NCBI GenBank assembly: GCA_016432645.1
Contig: CP066698.1
Coordinates: 837,062 to 901,061, forward strand
Reading direction: 5' to 3'
Length of the DNA stretch: 64,000 nt
Source of the DNA: Candidatus Falkowbacteria bacterium
GTDB taxonomy: Bacteria > Patescibacteriota > Patescibacteriia > Patescibacteriales > UBA12465
Made by a program: the position numbers and the translations under genes. Below are positions 9,874 to 18,950 of the stretch, one piece after another. Under the pieces are notes generated by a model. The model had not been told where the DNA came from. It made no database searches and saw nothing but the letters and a program-made list of their open reading frames with translations. The stretch's first letter is position 1. Each line of letters starts with the position of its first letter.

Positions 9874-10227
9874 ATGTTGTTTAATATGTTAAACAAAAAG
9901 AAAAAAAATATTATAATCGGATTAGCTGCCGCCGTTATTGTAGTTGGCGTCTCCGTTTTTATTCTGATTCGTAATAGTAAATTTAATACAGATAATCTTT
10001 CCCAATCAGGAAATATTAACCAGCTGCCGGCTCCTAAGTTTATGAGTGTTGAGGAGAAATCCAGCCTTAATTTACCGGCTGATTCTAAAATTCAAGTTTT
10101 AAAAACCGATGAATCTGGCAAGACTGAAGTTTATCGAGTTATTCGTAAAGACGCTGATATAATTTTAGACCCCAGCCGCATTGCCGATCCTGATATGACG
10201 CGTCCAGCCGTTCAATCCGCGCAGTAA
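9874..10227 (+). CDS. Small N-terminally membrane-anchored protein, function unknown
   Basis: 117-aa ORF with a Lys-rich N-terminus followed by a single TM helix (IIIGLAAAVIVVGVSVFILI). It is tightly spaced within the surface-protein operon. Confidence 0.6.
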   Translation: MLFNMLNKKKKNIIIGLAAAVIVVGVSVFILIRNSKFNTDNLSQSGNINQLPAPKFMSVEEKSSLNLPADSKIQVLKTDESGKTEVYRVIRKDADIILDPSRIADPDMTRPAVQSAQ

Positions 10228-10302
10228 TAAAAAATAAATTATTAGCCAAAAGTTTTCTTATTGGTTATACTTTAAAGATAACCAAGTTACTTACACAAAA
10301 AT

Positions 10303-11058
10303 ATGTTTGACAATCTCAACAACACTAACCAATCAGGGCATCAGCCGGTTGACGATATTTTCGCCGAAACCGACAGCGTGTCCAACAATAATCAAGTTCC
10401 GCAAGCGCCGGCCGAAATTATGACCCAGCGCGTCGGCTTAACCGCCTCAAGCGGACTAGCTGCCGACTCTTTAAGACCGGAGTCAAAAAGAGGGAGCTCG
10501 GGCTTTAAAATTGCCGTGATTGTTATGGTCGCCGTTATTTTAGGTTTGCTGGGATTTTTAGCTTATAATAAATTTTTCAAAGCCGAACCAATTGATACTA
10601 GCCCAATCACTGTTACTAGAAATCCAGTGGCCAGTTCAACCACTAATAATCAAGAAAATAATGTTGCGGAACCTATTAATAACGGAACAACTAGTAGTTC
10701 GACTTTCGTAGCTGAAATTCCTAGCGTCGACACTACCATTACTGAAGCCTCTTCACCAAGTGCTACAACCACAACCGATATTAATGTCGAGGCAACATCT
10801 ACCGCTCCAATCAATGCTGCCCCTGTCGATTCCGATAGCGACGGCTTAACTGATTCGGAAGAACTTACCGCCGCTACCAATATTAATTTAATTGATACCG
10901 ATAATGACGGCTTGAGTGATTACGAGGAAGTAAAAATTTATAAATCCGATCCTCTAAAAGCTGATACTGATGGCGATACTTATCCCGATGGCCAAGAAGT
11001 TAGGGGTGGCTATAATCCTAATGGTGCCGGTAAAATGCCTGGCAATTTAATCAAATAA
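10303..11058 (+). CDS. Membrane-anchored protein with thrombospondin type-3-like Ca-binding repeats
   Basis: One TM helix (FKIAVIVMVAVILGLLGFLAY), an S/T-rich linker, then DSDSDGLTDSEE / DTDNDGLSDYEE / DTDGDTYPDGQE repeats (DxDxDGxxDxxE). Confidence 0.7.
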   Translation: MFDNLNNTNQSGHQPVDDIFAETDSVSNNNQVPQAPAEIMTQRVGLTASSGLAADSLRPESKRGSSGFKIAVIVMVAVILGLLGFLAYNKFFKAEPIDTSPITVTRNPVASSTTNNQENNVAEPINNGTTSSSTFVAEIPSVDTTITEASSPSATTTTDINVEATSTAPINAAPVDSDSDGLTDSEELTAATNINLIDTDNDGLSDYEEVKIYKSDPLKADTDGDTYPDGQEVRGGYNPNGAGKMPGNLIK

Positions 11059-11067
11059 TTTTTTGTT

Positions 11068-11274
11068 ATGACTGATGGCATTAGCCCAACCCCCGAAAAA
11101 ACTTCGGCATCCGCCATTCCCAATAAAACGGTTTCTCGTGTTCGCCCTTCGCGTTTGGCAATCGGAGTTCATTCAATGCCTAAAACGAGCGCCGGTAGCC
11201 TTAAACTTTGGTTTATTTTAGGTGGAGTAATTTTAGCGCTGTTTGCGGTAATTATTTTTTTGGCGATTAATTAG
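11068..11274 (+). CDS. Small C-terminally anchored membrane protein, function unknown
   Basis: 68-aa ORF with a C-terminal TM helix (LWFILGGVILALFAVIIFLAI). It sits between two related genes with 2-10 nt gaps. Confidence 0.45.
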   Translation: MTDGISPTPEKTSASAIPNKTVSRVRPSRLAIGVHSMPKTSAGSLKLWFILGGVILALFAVIIFLAIN

Positions 11275-11276
11275 AT

Positions 11277-12311
11277 ATGTTAGGAAAAAATAATAAAAAA
11301 ACAAATATCGATGACGCTACCGCCGCTCGGGTTAACCAAGAATTGATTGTTCATAATATGCCCAGTGTTTCCACTAGGTCTTTTGTGAGCGGCAACGTTA
11401 ACACTGCGGTTTCCGGTTCGCAATTTTTAGGGGCAACCGATAATAAAAATAAGCATCAAACGGTGGGTATTGTTATTATCGGTTTGGGCTTGGTTTTTGT
11501 CGGCGTTTTAGTCTATTTAAGCTATCGTTTTATAATCAAGCCAGCTGCCCAAGAGCCAACAGTTACTGCTCCCCTTGTTTCTCCGGTTTCTGAAGTACCA
11601 GAGAAAACACCGCCTCTCATTTCAACTTCTACGGCTTCCAGCACGGCGGTTGTTGAAGTGGCTCCCAGCGTTATTGAAATGGTTAATCCTGATATTATAG
11701 AATCAACTTCTACGGCATCGACGACGATTGAAGAAATGCCGATAATTATTGAAACACCGCCGATTTTGGATGCCGACGTTGATGGTTTGAGCGACGATGA
11801 AGAATTAGCCCTCGGGACCGACACCACTCTTCCTGATAGTGATGGCGATACCTACGGTGATTTATCAGAACTAGGAAACGGCTATAATCCTACGGGCAGC
11901 GATAAATTAAGCGCCAGTACTTATTTAACTAAATATCAAAGCCAAACCGGTAAATACGAAATTTATTATCCAAAATCTTGGGTGCTAAAATCTCTAAATA
12001 ATGATTACGCGACGATTATTTCCGCTCCCGATAATTCACTAATGCAAATTTCTGTCCAAGGAAACCCTAAAATTCAAAATATCAGCAGCTGGTATGATTC
12101 TACTTTTAGTTTAGAAACAGCGAGCACTAATCGCGTACAGAAAGGAAATGGCTGGGAGGGAATTATGGGCGAGGATTCTTTAAATTTTTATTTAACTGAT
12201 AATAATCGCGAAAATATATATATTATTTCCTATATTCCGGCGCTCAGCGATCGTTTGGCTTATCCTAATATTTTTGAAATGATTATTAATTCTTTTAAGA
12301 TTACTAACTAA
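11277..12311 (+). CDS. Membrane-anchored protein with TSP3-like Ca-binding repeats and a C-terminal PsbP/DcrB-like domain (tentative)
   Basis: TM helix (VGIVIIGLGLVFVGVLVYLSY), an S/T/P linker, DADVDGLSDDEE and DSDGDTYGDLSE repeats, and a C-terminal beta-rich domain (YEIYYPKSWVLKSL...). It is a paralog in architecture to 10303-11058. Confidence 0.7.
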   Translation: MLGKNNKKTNIDDATAARVNQELIVHNMPSVSTRSFVSGNVNTAVSGSQFLGATDNKNKHQTVGIVIIGLGLVFVGVLVYLSYRFIIKPAAQEPTVTAPLVSPVSEVPEKTPPLISTSTASSTAVVEVAPSVIEMVNPDIIESTSTASTTIEEMPIIIETPPILDADVDGLSDDEELALGTDTTLPDSDGDTYGDLSELGNGYNPTGSDKLSASTYLTKYQSQTGKYEIYYPKSWVLKSLNNDYATIISAPDNSLMQISVQGNPKIQNISSWYDSTFSLETASTNRVQKGNGWEGIMGEDSLNFYLTDNNRENIYIISYIPALSDRLAYPNIFEMIINSFKITN

Positions 12312-12337
12312 TATTGATTTTTTTTAAATTAAAAAAA

Positions 12338-12360
12338 ACTCCGCTGGACGCGGAGTTTTT
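12338..12360. terminator. Bidirectional rho-independent terminator between convergent genes
   Basis: Stem ACTCCGC (12338-12344), loop TGGAC, stem GCGGAGT (12350-12356). An A-run lies upstream and a T-run downstream, between the + gene ending at 12311 and clpP (-) ending at 12376. Confidence 0.7.
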
Positions 12361-12375
12361 GTTTAACTAATGTTT

Positions 12376-12966
12376 TTAAAGTTTATTTTTGGGACCGATT
12401 ATTTTATCGATGATTCCGTATTTTTGAGCTTCTTCGGCGCTCATGAAGTTATCGCGATCGCTATCAGCTTCAACTTTAGCTTCTTTTTGTTTGGTATGGA
12501 AAGCTAGAATCTTATTCATTTTAGATTTTATTTTTAAAATGTGTTCCGCTCTAATTTTGATATCTGAGGCCTGGCCTTCCGCACCGCCCATTACTTGGTG
12601 AATCATGATTTCGCTATTTGGAAGAGCAAATCTTTTTCCGGGAGTTCCAGCCGCCAGTAATACTGAAGCCATGGACGCGGCTAAGCCAACGCAGATTGTG
12701 GATACGTCGGATTTGATAAGTTGCATAGTATCGTAAATAGCTAGACCGGCGCTGACAGAACCTCCAGGAGAATTAATGTAGAATTTAATATCTTGGTCCT
12801 TGTTTTGTGCGTCTAAAAATAGTAATTGAGCAATGATAATATTGGCCGTATGATCATCTATTTGTTCTCCTAAGAAGATAATCCGATCTTTTAACAGGCG
12901 GGAGTAAATATCATAAGCTCGTTCAATTTGTCCTTCTTTTTCAATGACGGTAGGTATTAATGGCAT
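12376..12966 (-). CDS. clpP: ATP-dependent Clp protease proteolytic subunit
   Basis: 196 aa with full-length family motifs: [18 protein letters not shown], the catalytic Ser context [14 protein letters not shown], and the His context MIHQVMGG. Confidence 0.95.
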   Translation of the reverse strand: MPLIPTVIEKEGQIERAYDIYSRLLKDRIIFLGEQIDDHTANIIIAQLLFLDAQNKDQDIKFYINSPGGSVSAGLAIYDTMQLIKSDVSTICVGLAASMASVLLAAGTPGKRFALPNSEIMIHQVMGGAEGQASDIKIRAEHILKIKSKMNKILAFHTKQKEAKVEADSDRDNFMSAEEAQKYGIIDKIIGPKNKL

Positions 12967-13134
12967 ATTTTTAAGCTTTTTATTGAATTATAATAGACTT
13001 ATTATAAATAAAATCGGCTTTTTTGTAAAGACCAAGGCTTGATTTTTATTTCTACTTATCTTAAGATAAAGGAAAGTTTGAGTTAATTTACTAATATTTG
13101 CCGGTTTCACGCCCGGCTCTAGACTAAATCCCAT

Positions 13135-14691
13135 ATGTCATTAATGCAAAAAATTTCCAAACTGTCTTTTAAGGCTAAGACTCGCTGGATTTTAGGTTTG
13201 ATTATCCTGTTTGCACTTTCGGTCGGTTTAATTGCCGGGGGTAATTATTACAATCAGTTTGCCCGTTTCACAGCTGACAAAACCAACAACATAATTGTGT
13301 TGCCTCAAGTTAAGGAATTGCCTTTTAGTTTAGGACTTGATCTTCAGGGTGGTACTCAGCTGGTTTATGAGGCTGATGTTACTAATATTCCTGAAGCTGA
13401 TCGGGCAGATGCCATGGAGTCGGCGCGTGATGTTATTGAGCGTCGCGTCAATACTTTTGGCGTTAGCGAGCCGGTTGTCCAAGTTAATAAGGGCAGCAAT
13501 GGCGAATATCGCATTATCGCCGAGTTAGCCGGTATTAAAGATGTAAAAGAGGCTATTAAAATGATTGGCGAGACCCCAATTTTAGAGTTTAAAGAACAAG
13601 ATGCAGCTGGTTCAACTACTTTAACTCCGACTGGAGAAGCCAGCAGCACTGAAATTAATATTAACACTGATAGTCTTTGGAAAAATACCGAGTTGACTGG
13701 TAAATATTTGAAACGGGCAGTTTTACAATTTGCTCAAGACGGTACGCCGGAAGTTTCTTTAGAATTTAATGCTGATGGCGCCCAAATGTTTGAGGATATT
13801 ACCGCGCGTAATGTTGGCAAACCAGTGGCTATTTTTCTAGATGGTTATGTAATTAGCGCTCCTACTGTTAATGAAAAAATTACTGGCGGTAAAGCGGTTA
13901 TTTCCGGACAATTTAATGTCGATGAAGCTAAATTATTAGTTAAGCGTTTAAATTCCGGTGCTTTACCGGTTCCAGTATCCTTGGTTTCACAAAAAACCGT
14001 GGAAGCCAGTTTAGGCGCCAAGTCTATTAATAATAGTTTGCAGGCCGGTCTTTTGGGATTGCTCCTCGTTTCGGTATTTATGATTGTTGCTTATCGCTTA
14101 CCAGGCTTGTTGTCAGTGTTATCTCTATTTATTTATGGCGTAACAATGCTGGCAATCTTTAAGGCAATCCCGGTGGCCATCGCCTTGCCTTTAATTTTTG
14201 TTATGATTGCTCTTATTTTTTACACCTTTAATGAAATTAAAATTTTTGATAGCACTTTAGCCCTTTTCTTTGCTGTTATTGGCATCTTGTTATTCTTCTA
14301 TGCGCTTAAACCGGTCACTTTATCTTTATCTGGAATTGCCGGCTTAATCCTGTCGGTTGGTATGGCAGTTGACGCTAATATTTTAATTTTTGCCCGTACC
14401 AAAGAGGAACTTAAAGCCGGAAAATCTGTCCAGCAATCAGTGACTGATGGCTTTAAGCGCGCTTGGCCTTCAATTCGTGACGGCAACATCTCCTCTCTGA
14501 TTACCTGTTTAATTTTAATGTTCTTCGGTACTTCTTCTGTACAAGGGTTTGGAACAACTTTGTTTATTGGTATCTCAGTTTCATTATTCAGTGCCATTGT
14601 TATTACCAGGATCTTGTCAGTACTAGTTTTGGGCGAATGGCTCGAAAAGAGAAAATGCCTTTTAGGAGTTAAGAAAATTAAAGCTGAATAA
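13135..14691 (+). CDS. secD: Protein translocase subunit SecD
   Basis: An N-terminal TM helix, the LGLDLQGG motif, a periplasmic domain, and a C-terminal 5-TM bundle (SGIAGLILSVGMAVDANILIFAR). secF lies immediately downstream. Confidence 0.9.
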   Translation: MSLMQKISKLSFKAKTRWILGLIILFALSVGLIAGGNYYNQFARFTADKTNNIIVLPQVKELPFSLGLDLQGGTQLVYEADVTNIPEADRADAMESARDVIERRVNTFGVSEPVVQVNKGSNGEYRIIAELAGIKDVKEAIKMIGETPILEFKEQDAAGSTTLTPTGEASSTEININTDSLWKNTELTGKYLKRAVLQFAQDGTPEVSLEFNADGAQMFEDITARNVGKPVAIFLDGYVISAPTVNEKITGGKAVISGQFNVDEAKLLVKRLNSGALPVPVSLVSQKTVEASLGAKSINNSLQAGLLGLLLVSVFMIVAYRLPGLLSVLSLFIYGVTMLAIFKAIPVAIALPLIFVMIALIFYTFNEIKIFDSTLALFFAVIGILLFFYALKPVTLSLSGIAGLILSVGMAVDANILIFARTKEELKAGKSVQQSVTDGFKRAWPSIRDGNISSLITCLILMFFGTSSVQGFGTTLFIGISVSLFSAIVITRILSVLVLGEWLEKRKCLLGVKKIKAE

Positions 14692-14728
14692 GCGGGACTT
14701 AAATATCATTAAAGATAAAAATAACAAT

Positions 14729-15649
14729 ATGATTTATCGGATAATTCAAAAAAGAAATATTTTTTTAAGCATTTCCGGGCTATTAATCGCCGCTTCCATC
14801 GCCGCGCTTATCGCTTGGGGGCTTAACTTCGGAGTTGATTTTACCGGCGGCAGCTTTTTGGAAGCCGAATATGCTAATTACCAGCCATCAATTACTGAAA
14901 TCCAAAATGTCTTAAAAGATACCGACATCAAAGGTTTAACTGTCCAGCCGACTAACGACAATACTTTTATTTTGCGCTTTAAAGAAGTAAGCGAAGATAC
15001 TCATCAAGGAATTTTGGCAAAATTAGGAACCTTAACTGATGGTCATGATGGCGCCACTTTTAAAGAATTGCGCTTTGATTTTGTCGGTCCTTCTATCGGC
15101 CAAGAATTAAAGAGTAAATCATTCAATGCTTCCATTATTGTGTTGATAATGATTATTTTATATATTTCCTTGGCGTTTAAACGCGTATCGCGTCCAATCT
15201 CATCCTGGAAATATGGAGTGGCCGCAATTGTCGCTCTGGCCCATGATGTTATTATCACCCTGGGAGCCTTCGCAGTTATGGGGCACTTCTATCATATTGA
15301 GATTAACACTCCCTTTATTGCGGCTATTTTAACGGTTTTAGGTTATAGCGTTAGCGATACGATTGTTGTTTTTGACCGCATCCGCGAGACTTTGCCTAAG
15401 AGCAATGATAATTTTGAAAATACGATTAACTCTAGTATTAACCAGACAATTTCTCGCTCTGTTAACACTTCTTTTTCGGCCATTCTGGCATTACTTGCCA
15501 TTCTATTATTTGGCGGCAGCACTATTAAAGACTTTGCGCTCGCTTTGTTAATCGGTATTTTTGTCGGTACCTATAGCTCGATCTTTATCGCCAGCCCGAT
15601 TTTAGTAATCTGGAACAATAAGATGCATAAAGCGGCTAAAAAAGCTTAA
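14729..15649 (+). CDS. secF: Protein translocase subunit SecF
   Basis: GVDFTGG motif, VLGYSVSDTIVVFDRIRE motif, and six predicted TM segments. Confidence 0.9.
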   Translation: MIYRIIQKRNIFLSISGLLIAASIAALIAWGLNFGVDFTGGSFLEAEYANYQPSITEIQNVLKDTDIKGLTVQPTNDNTFILRFKEVSEDTHQGILAKLGTLTDGHDGATFKELRFDFVGPSIGQELKSKSFNASIIVLIMIILYISLAFKRVSRPISSWKYGVAAIVALAHDVIITLGAFAVMGHFYHIEINTPFIAAILTVLGYSVSDTIVVFDRIRETLPKSNDNFENTINSSINQTISRSVNTSFSAILALLAILLFGGSTIKDFALALLIGIFVGTYSSIFIASPILVIWNNKMHKAAKKA

Positions 15650-15669
15650 ATATTACCAGTGATTTTTAA

Positions 15670-15698
15670 AAGAGGCTTGATTTTCAAGCCTCTTTTTT
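15670..15698 (+). terminator. Rho-independent terminator after secF
   Basis: Perfect 10-bp stem AAGAGGCTTG (15670-15679) / CAAGCCTCTT (15685-15694) with loop ATTTT and a T-run to 15698. An extended -10 box, TGcTATAAT (15701-15709), follows. Confidence 0.8.
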
Positions 15699-15715
15699 AT
15701 TGCTATAATAAAACT

Positions 15716-18073
15716 ATGAAAACTAATTTTTTATTTTCTCGTCTTAAGGCTTGGGCACAGGGGATTTCCAGTTCTGAATTTTTAGGATTTTTTATAGAAG
15801 TCAATTATTTGGCGATTATTTTTCTGGTGCCGTTGTGGTTTGCTGCTTTTTATTCCGGTTTTAATATTTTTGAGCTGGATAAAATTATTTTGTTTCGGAT
15901 TTTACTTTGGAGTCTGCTTACATTAACTGCGGCTCGGGTATTATTTTTCCCGCCTTCGAGCCTGGTTTCTCAAATTGGTCAAAAAACAATTTGGCCGATT
16001 TTTAAAAAATATTTTTTGATTCCCGCCCTGCTTATTATCGGTTTGGTGTTAATTTTACCTTTCTCGCTTGATTGGCGCATTAGTTTTTTTGGTTCTTATG
16101 AGCGCCAAGAGGGAATTTCCAGTTTGTTTTTTTATTTTTTGTGGTCATTGATCTTGTTTGTTAATTTGCTTGCTTGGAGAAATATTGGTTCCCGAACCTG
16201 GGATTTAAAAGCAAAAATTCGCCGTATTCTGTTAAGCGCCAATCTCTCGGCTACTTTAGTTGGTTTATATGGCGTTTTACAAATTTTAAATATTGATTTT
16301 TTGACTTGGCCGGATGAGCCTTATTTAACCGGGCGCGCTTTATCAACTTTCGGCCAGCCTAATTTTTTTGCCTCCTTTTTATTACTCACGATTCCCTTGG
16401 CTTTTTATTTAGCCTATTCATCTAAGAATTTTTGGGCTAAGGCTTTTTTTAGTTTTGCTGCTGTTTTTCAGATTCTAGGATTATTTTCCACCGCCAGCCG
16501 AGGCGGGCTTCTAGCCTTAGTAGTAATCGGGGTTTTGTTTATCGCCTATCTTTTATTGGCTGCTAAATTTACGGCGCGAATCAAGGTCCTGATAGCGGCT
16601 GGAGCATTTTTAATTTTTATTTTAGGCATTGGTGCTTTAGAGGTTTTTACCCCGGGACGCCTGCAAGAATCTTTTAATCTTAGTGCTGGCAGCTTTGCTG
16701 CTCGCATTAATTTTTTTCATGCTTCAGCTGACGCGATTTTAAAAAAACCAGTTTTTGGCTATGGTTTGGAAAATGCCGGGGAAGTATTTATTAAATATTA
16801 TGAAAATGATTGGGGAATTTATGCTGATGTGAGTGCTAATACTGATCGGGCGCATAATTTAATCCTGGACACTTTACTAAACGCCGGATTTTTCGGGCTC
16901 CTACTTTTTTCTTTATGGTATTATTCTTTCTTTAAGCTGGCTTGGCAGAATTATCGGACAGGGAAATATAAATATTTAAGTCTGGCGATTGGCGCCGCCG
17001 CCGGCGCTTATCTCATCTCCTTGATGTTCAGCTTTGCGATTGTGGCTGCCGAAGTTTATTTCTGGCTGCTATTTGCTATCTTGGCGGCTATTCATTTCGA
17101 ACGCCCGGCTTCTATAAATAGTTTTTCTTGGCTGTTAAAAAAATACAGCTTTAAATACTGGTGGCGCCTTAGTTTGCTCTTTGGCATATTAATTCTCGCC
17201 GCTTGGCAGATAATTCTCAATGGCCGCTCATTGATTGCTGATGCTTATTTCAATAATATTTATATCGCTTTAAGCCGCGGCGAGGCGCTTACGGCGCTGG
17301 TTATTCATGACGATATTCTTAATTTAAAAGTTAACGCGGTCCAGCAGAATTTTGTCGCTCATTTTTTAGGAGATAATCTGGGTGTTCATTTAGAGCAGGC
17401 GCCGGATTTGGCTACTAAAACGATGATTAAAAATCGTTTAGAAAAAATTGCTCAGTCTTTGCCGGATCGCGGTTATCAGAACTTTTTATTGAAAGCGCAA
17501 ATCTACAGCCAACTAGGGGATTATGAAATGGCGGAGAGATATTTTGCAATTATTTTAAACCTAACACCCGGTTGGCCACTGGCTTATTTAGAAAGGGGGC
17601 GGGATTATATGCGGCAGGGTCGACTGGCAGAGGCCGAAAATTTTTATCGCCTAGTGGATACTAAGCTTCCTGACGTTAATAGTGCCATTATCAATCCTCG
17701 CCATAAAAAAGTTGCCCAGTCTTATCGCTATATGATGTATACCGACTTAGGGCGGGCCTATGTTTCTCAAGGCGATTATGCCAATGCGGAAAAATTTTTT
17801 AAAGCCGCTTATCGCAACATGATTGAAGATTATTCCTTGTTGAAAAAAATCGCCGACACTTTTTATTTGCGCGGTGATTTGGATACGGCGATACGTTATG
17901 TCGCCCATGGCTCAGTTTTAAGCCCCAACGATTATAATTGGCCCTTGGCTCTGGCTACTTTATATTTTGAAAAAGGGGATGCCGCCGCCGCGGTCAGCAG
18001 CCTGGAAGCGGCCATTAAATTGGCTCCGGAAAAATCAGAGTTGAAAGATTTAAGAGAAAAATATAAAAAATAA
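15716..18073 (+). CDS. O-antigen ligase/polymerase-like (Wzy_C) polytopic membrane protein with C-terminal TPR repeats
   Basis: More than 10 TM segments. It has the Wzy_C-type loop (TASRGGLLALVV...) and the RAHNLILDTLLNAGFFGL motif, and the C-terminal ~270 aa form TPR-like repeats. The start is moved to ATG 15716 because the track's GTG at 15659 lies inside the secF terminator hairpin. Confidence 0.75.
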   Translation: MKTNFLFSRLKAWAQGISSSEFLGFFIEVNYLAIIFLVPLWFAAFYSGFNIFELDKIILFRILLWSLLTLTAARVLFFPPSSLVSQIGQKTIWPIFKKYFLIPALLIIGLVLILPFSLDWRISFFGSYERQEGISSLFFYFLWSLILFVNLLAWRNIGSRTWDLKAKIRRILLSANLSATLVGLYGVLQILNIDFLTWPDEPYLTGRALSTFGQPNFFASFLLLTIPLAFYLAYSSKNFWAKAFFSFAAVFQILGLFSTASRGGLLALVVIGVLFIAYLLLAAKFTARIKVLIAAGAFLIFILGIGALEVFTPGRLQESFNLSAGSFAARINFFHASADAILKKPVFGYGLENAGEVFIKYYENDWGIYADVSANTDRAHNLILDTLLNAGFFGLLLFSLWYYSFFKLAWQNYRTGKYKYLSLAIGAAAGAYLISLMFSFAIVAAEVYFWLLFAILAAIHFERPASINSFSWLLKKYSFKYWWRLSLLFGILILAAWQIILNGRSLIADAYFNNIYIALSRGEALTALVIHDDILNLKVNAVQQNFVAHFLGDNLGVHLEQAPDLATKTMIKNRLEKIAQSLPDRGYQNFLLKAQIYSQLGDYEMAERYFAIILNLTPGWPLAYLERGRDYMRQGRLAEAENFYRLVDTKLPDVNSAIINPRHKKVAQSYRYMMYTDLGRAYVSQGDYANAEKFFKAAYRNMIEDYSLLKKIADTFYLRGDLDTAIRYVAHGSVLSPNDYNWPLALATLYFEKGDAAAAVSSLEAAIKLAPEKSELKDLREKYKK

Positions 18074-18076
18074 TAT

Positions 18077-18841
18077 ATGGAATTTATTTTTGGCGTTTTC
18101 GCCGCTTTGATTGGTTTAGTAATCGGCAGCTTCTTAAATTGTTTGGTTTGGCGCTTGTATAAAGAAGATACGATTTTGGGACGTTCTTATTGCCCGTCGT
18201 GCTCTCAGACAATTTCTTGGTTTGATAATATTCCGCTGCTTAGCTTTTTATTATTGCGCGGCCGCTGCCGTCATTGCCGGCGGTCGATTTCTTGGCAGTA
18301 TCCGCTAGTAGAATTTTTTACTGCCCTATTGTTTGTGCTGACTTTTTTGCAGGCTGCCGATTCAGTTAATTTTTCTCTGCTGCTGGCCCGCGATTGGTTT
18401 TTAATTTCCAGCCTCATGATTATTTTTATTTATGATTTCCGCTGGCAGATGGTACCGATGATGGTAGTTTGGCCGACAACGGCTATTGTGGCGGTACTAA
18501 ATTTATTTTTAGGATTTTCTTGGCTGGCAATTTTAAGTTCCGGATTGGTTGGCGCCGGTTTTTTTATGGCTCAATATATTTTGACCAAGAAGCGGGGAAT
18601 TGGTGAAGGAGATATCTGGCTGGGCTTGCTTTTAGGAATAACTTTCCCGACTCTTAGCTATCTTGGTTTATCACTGATCAGCGCCTATTTCATCGGTTCG
18701 ATTATCAGTGTTATTTTGCTGATTTCTAAGAATAAAGGCTGGAAGTCAAAGATAGCGCTCGGCCCCTTTTTAGTGATTGGGGCTATTATTACCTTAATTT
18801 ATGGACAGGAAATAATTAACTGGTATTTGGGCTTGTTTTAG
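18077..18841 (+). CDS. pilD: Prepilin peptidase (A24 family, PilD-like)
   Basis: N-terminal Cys pairs CPSC...CRHC (SYCPSCSQTISWFDNIPLLSFLLLRGRCRHCRRSISWQYPLVE), a polytopic membrane body, and the GEGDIWLG aspartyl motif. Confidence 0.85.
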   Translation: MEFIFGVFAALIGLVIGSFLNCLVWRLYKEDTILGRSYCPSCSQTISWFDNIPLLSFLLLRGRCRHCRRSISWQYPLVEFFTALLFVLTFLQAADSVNFSLLLARDWFLISSLMIIFIYDFRWQMVPMMVVWPTTAIVAVLNLFLGFSWLAILSSGLVGAGFFMAQYILTKKRGIGEGDIWLGLLLGITFPTLSYLGLSLISAYFIGSIISVILLISKNKGWKSKIALGPFLVIGAIITLIYGQEIINWYLGLF

Positions 18842-18843
18842 AA

Positions 18844-18872
18844 TTGTTAAAATCTGATAAATTTTGTATAAT
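18844..18872 (+). promoter_or_regulatory. Sigma-70-type promoter upstream of ftsA-ftsZ
   Basis: -35 TTGTTA (18844-18849), 17-nt spacer, consensus -10 TATAAT (18867-18872), about 80 nt upstream of the ftsA ATG. Confidence 0.55.
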
Positions 18873-18950
18873 ATTAACAGCAAATAGCAAGCACGAAAAT
18901 ATTGTTAAAATATTGCCGTATTTTTATTTAAACGATTTAATATTAACTCT

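Noticed and set aside
18843-18911. 11-bp direct repeat ATTGTTAAAAT (18843-18853 and 18901-18911) upstream of ftsA, as a regulator binding site or second promoter
   Set aside because: The first copy simply contains the -35 of a good promoter. The second has only a weak -10 candidate (TATTTA). In AT-rich intergenic DNA an 11-mer repeat is weak evidence, so it is noted but not called.
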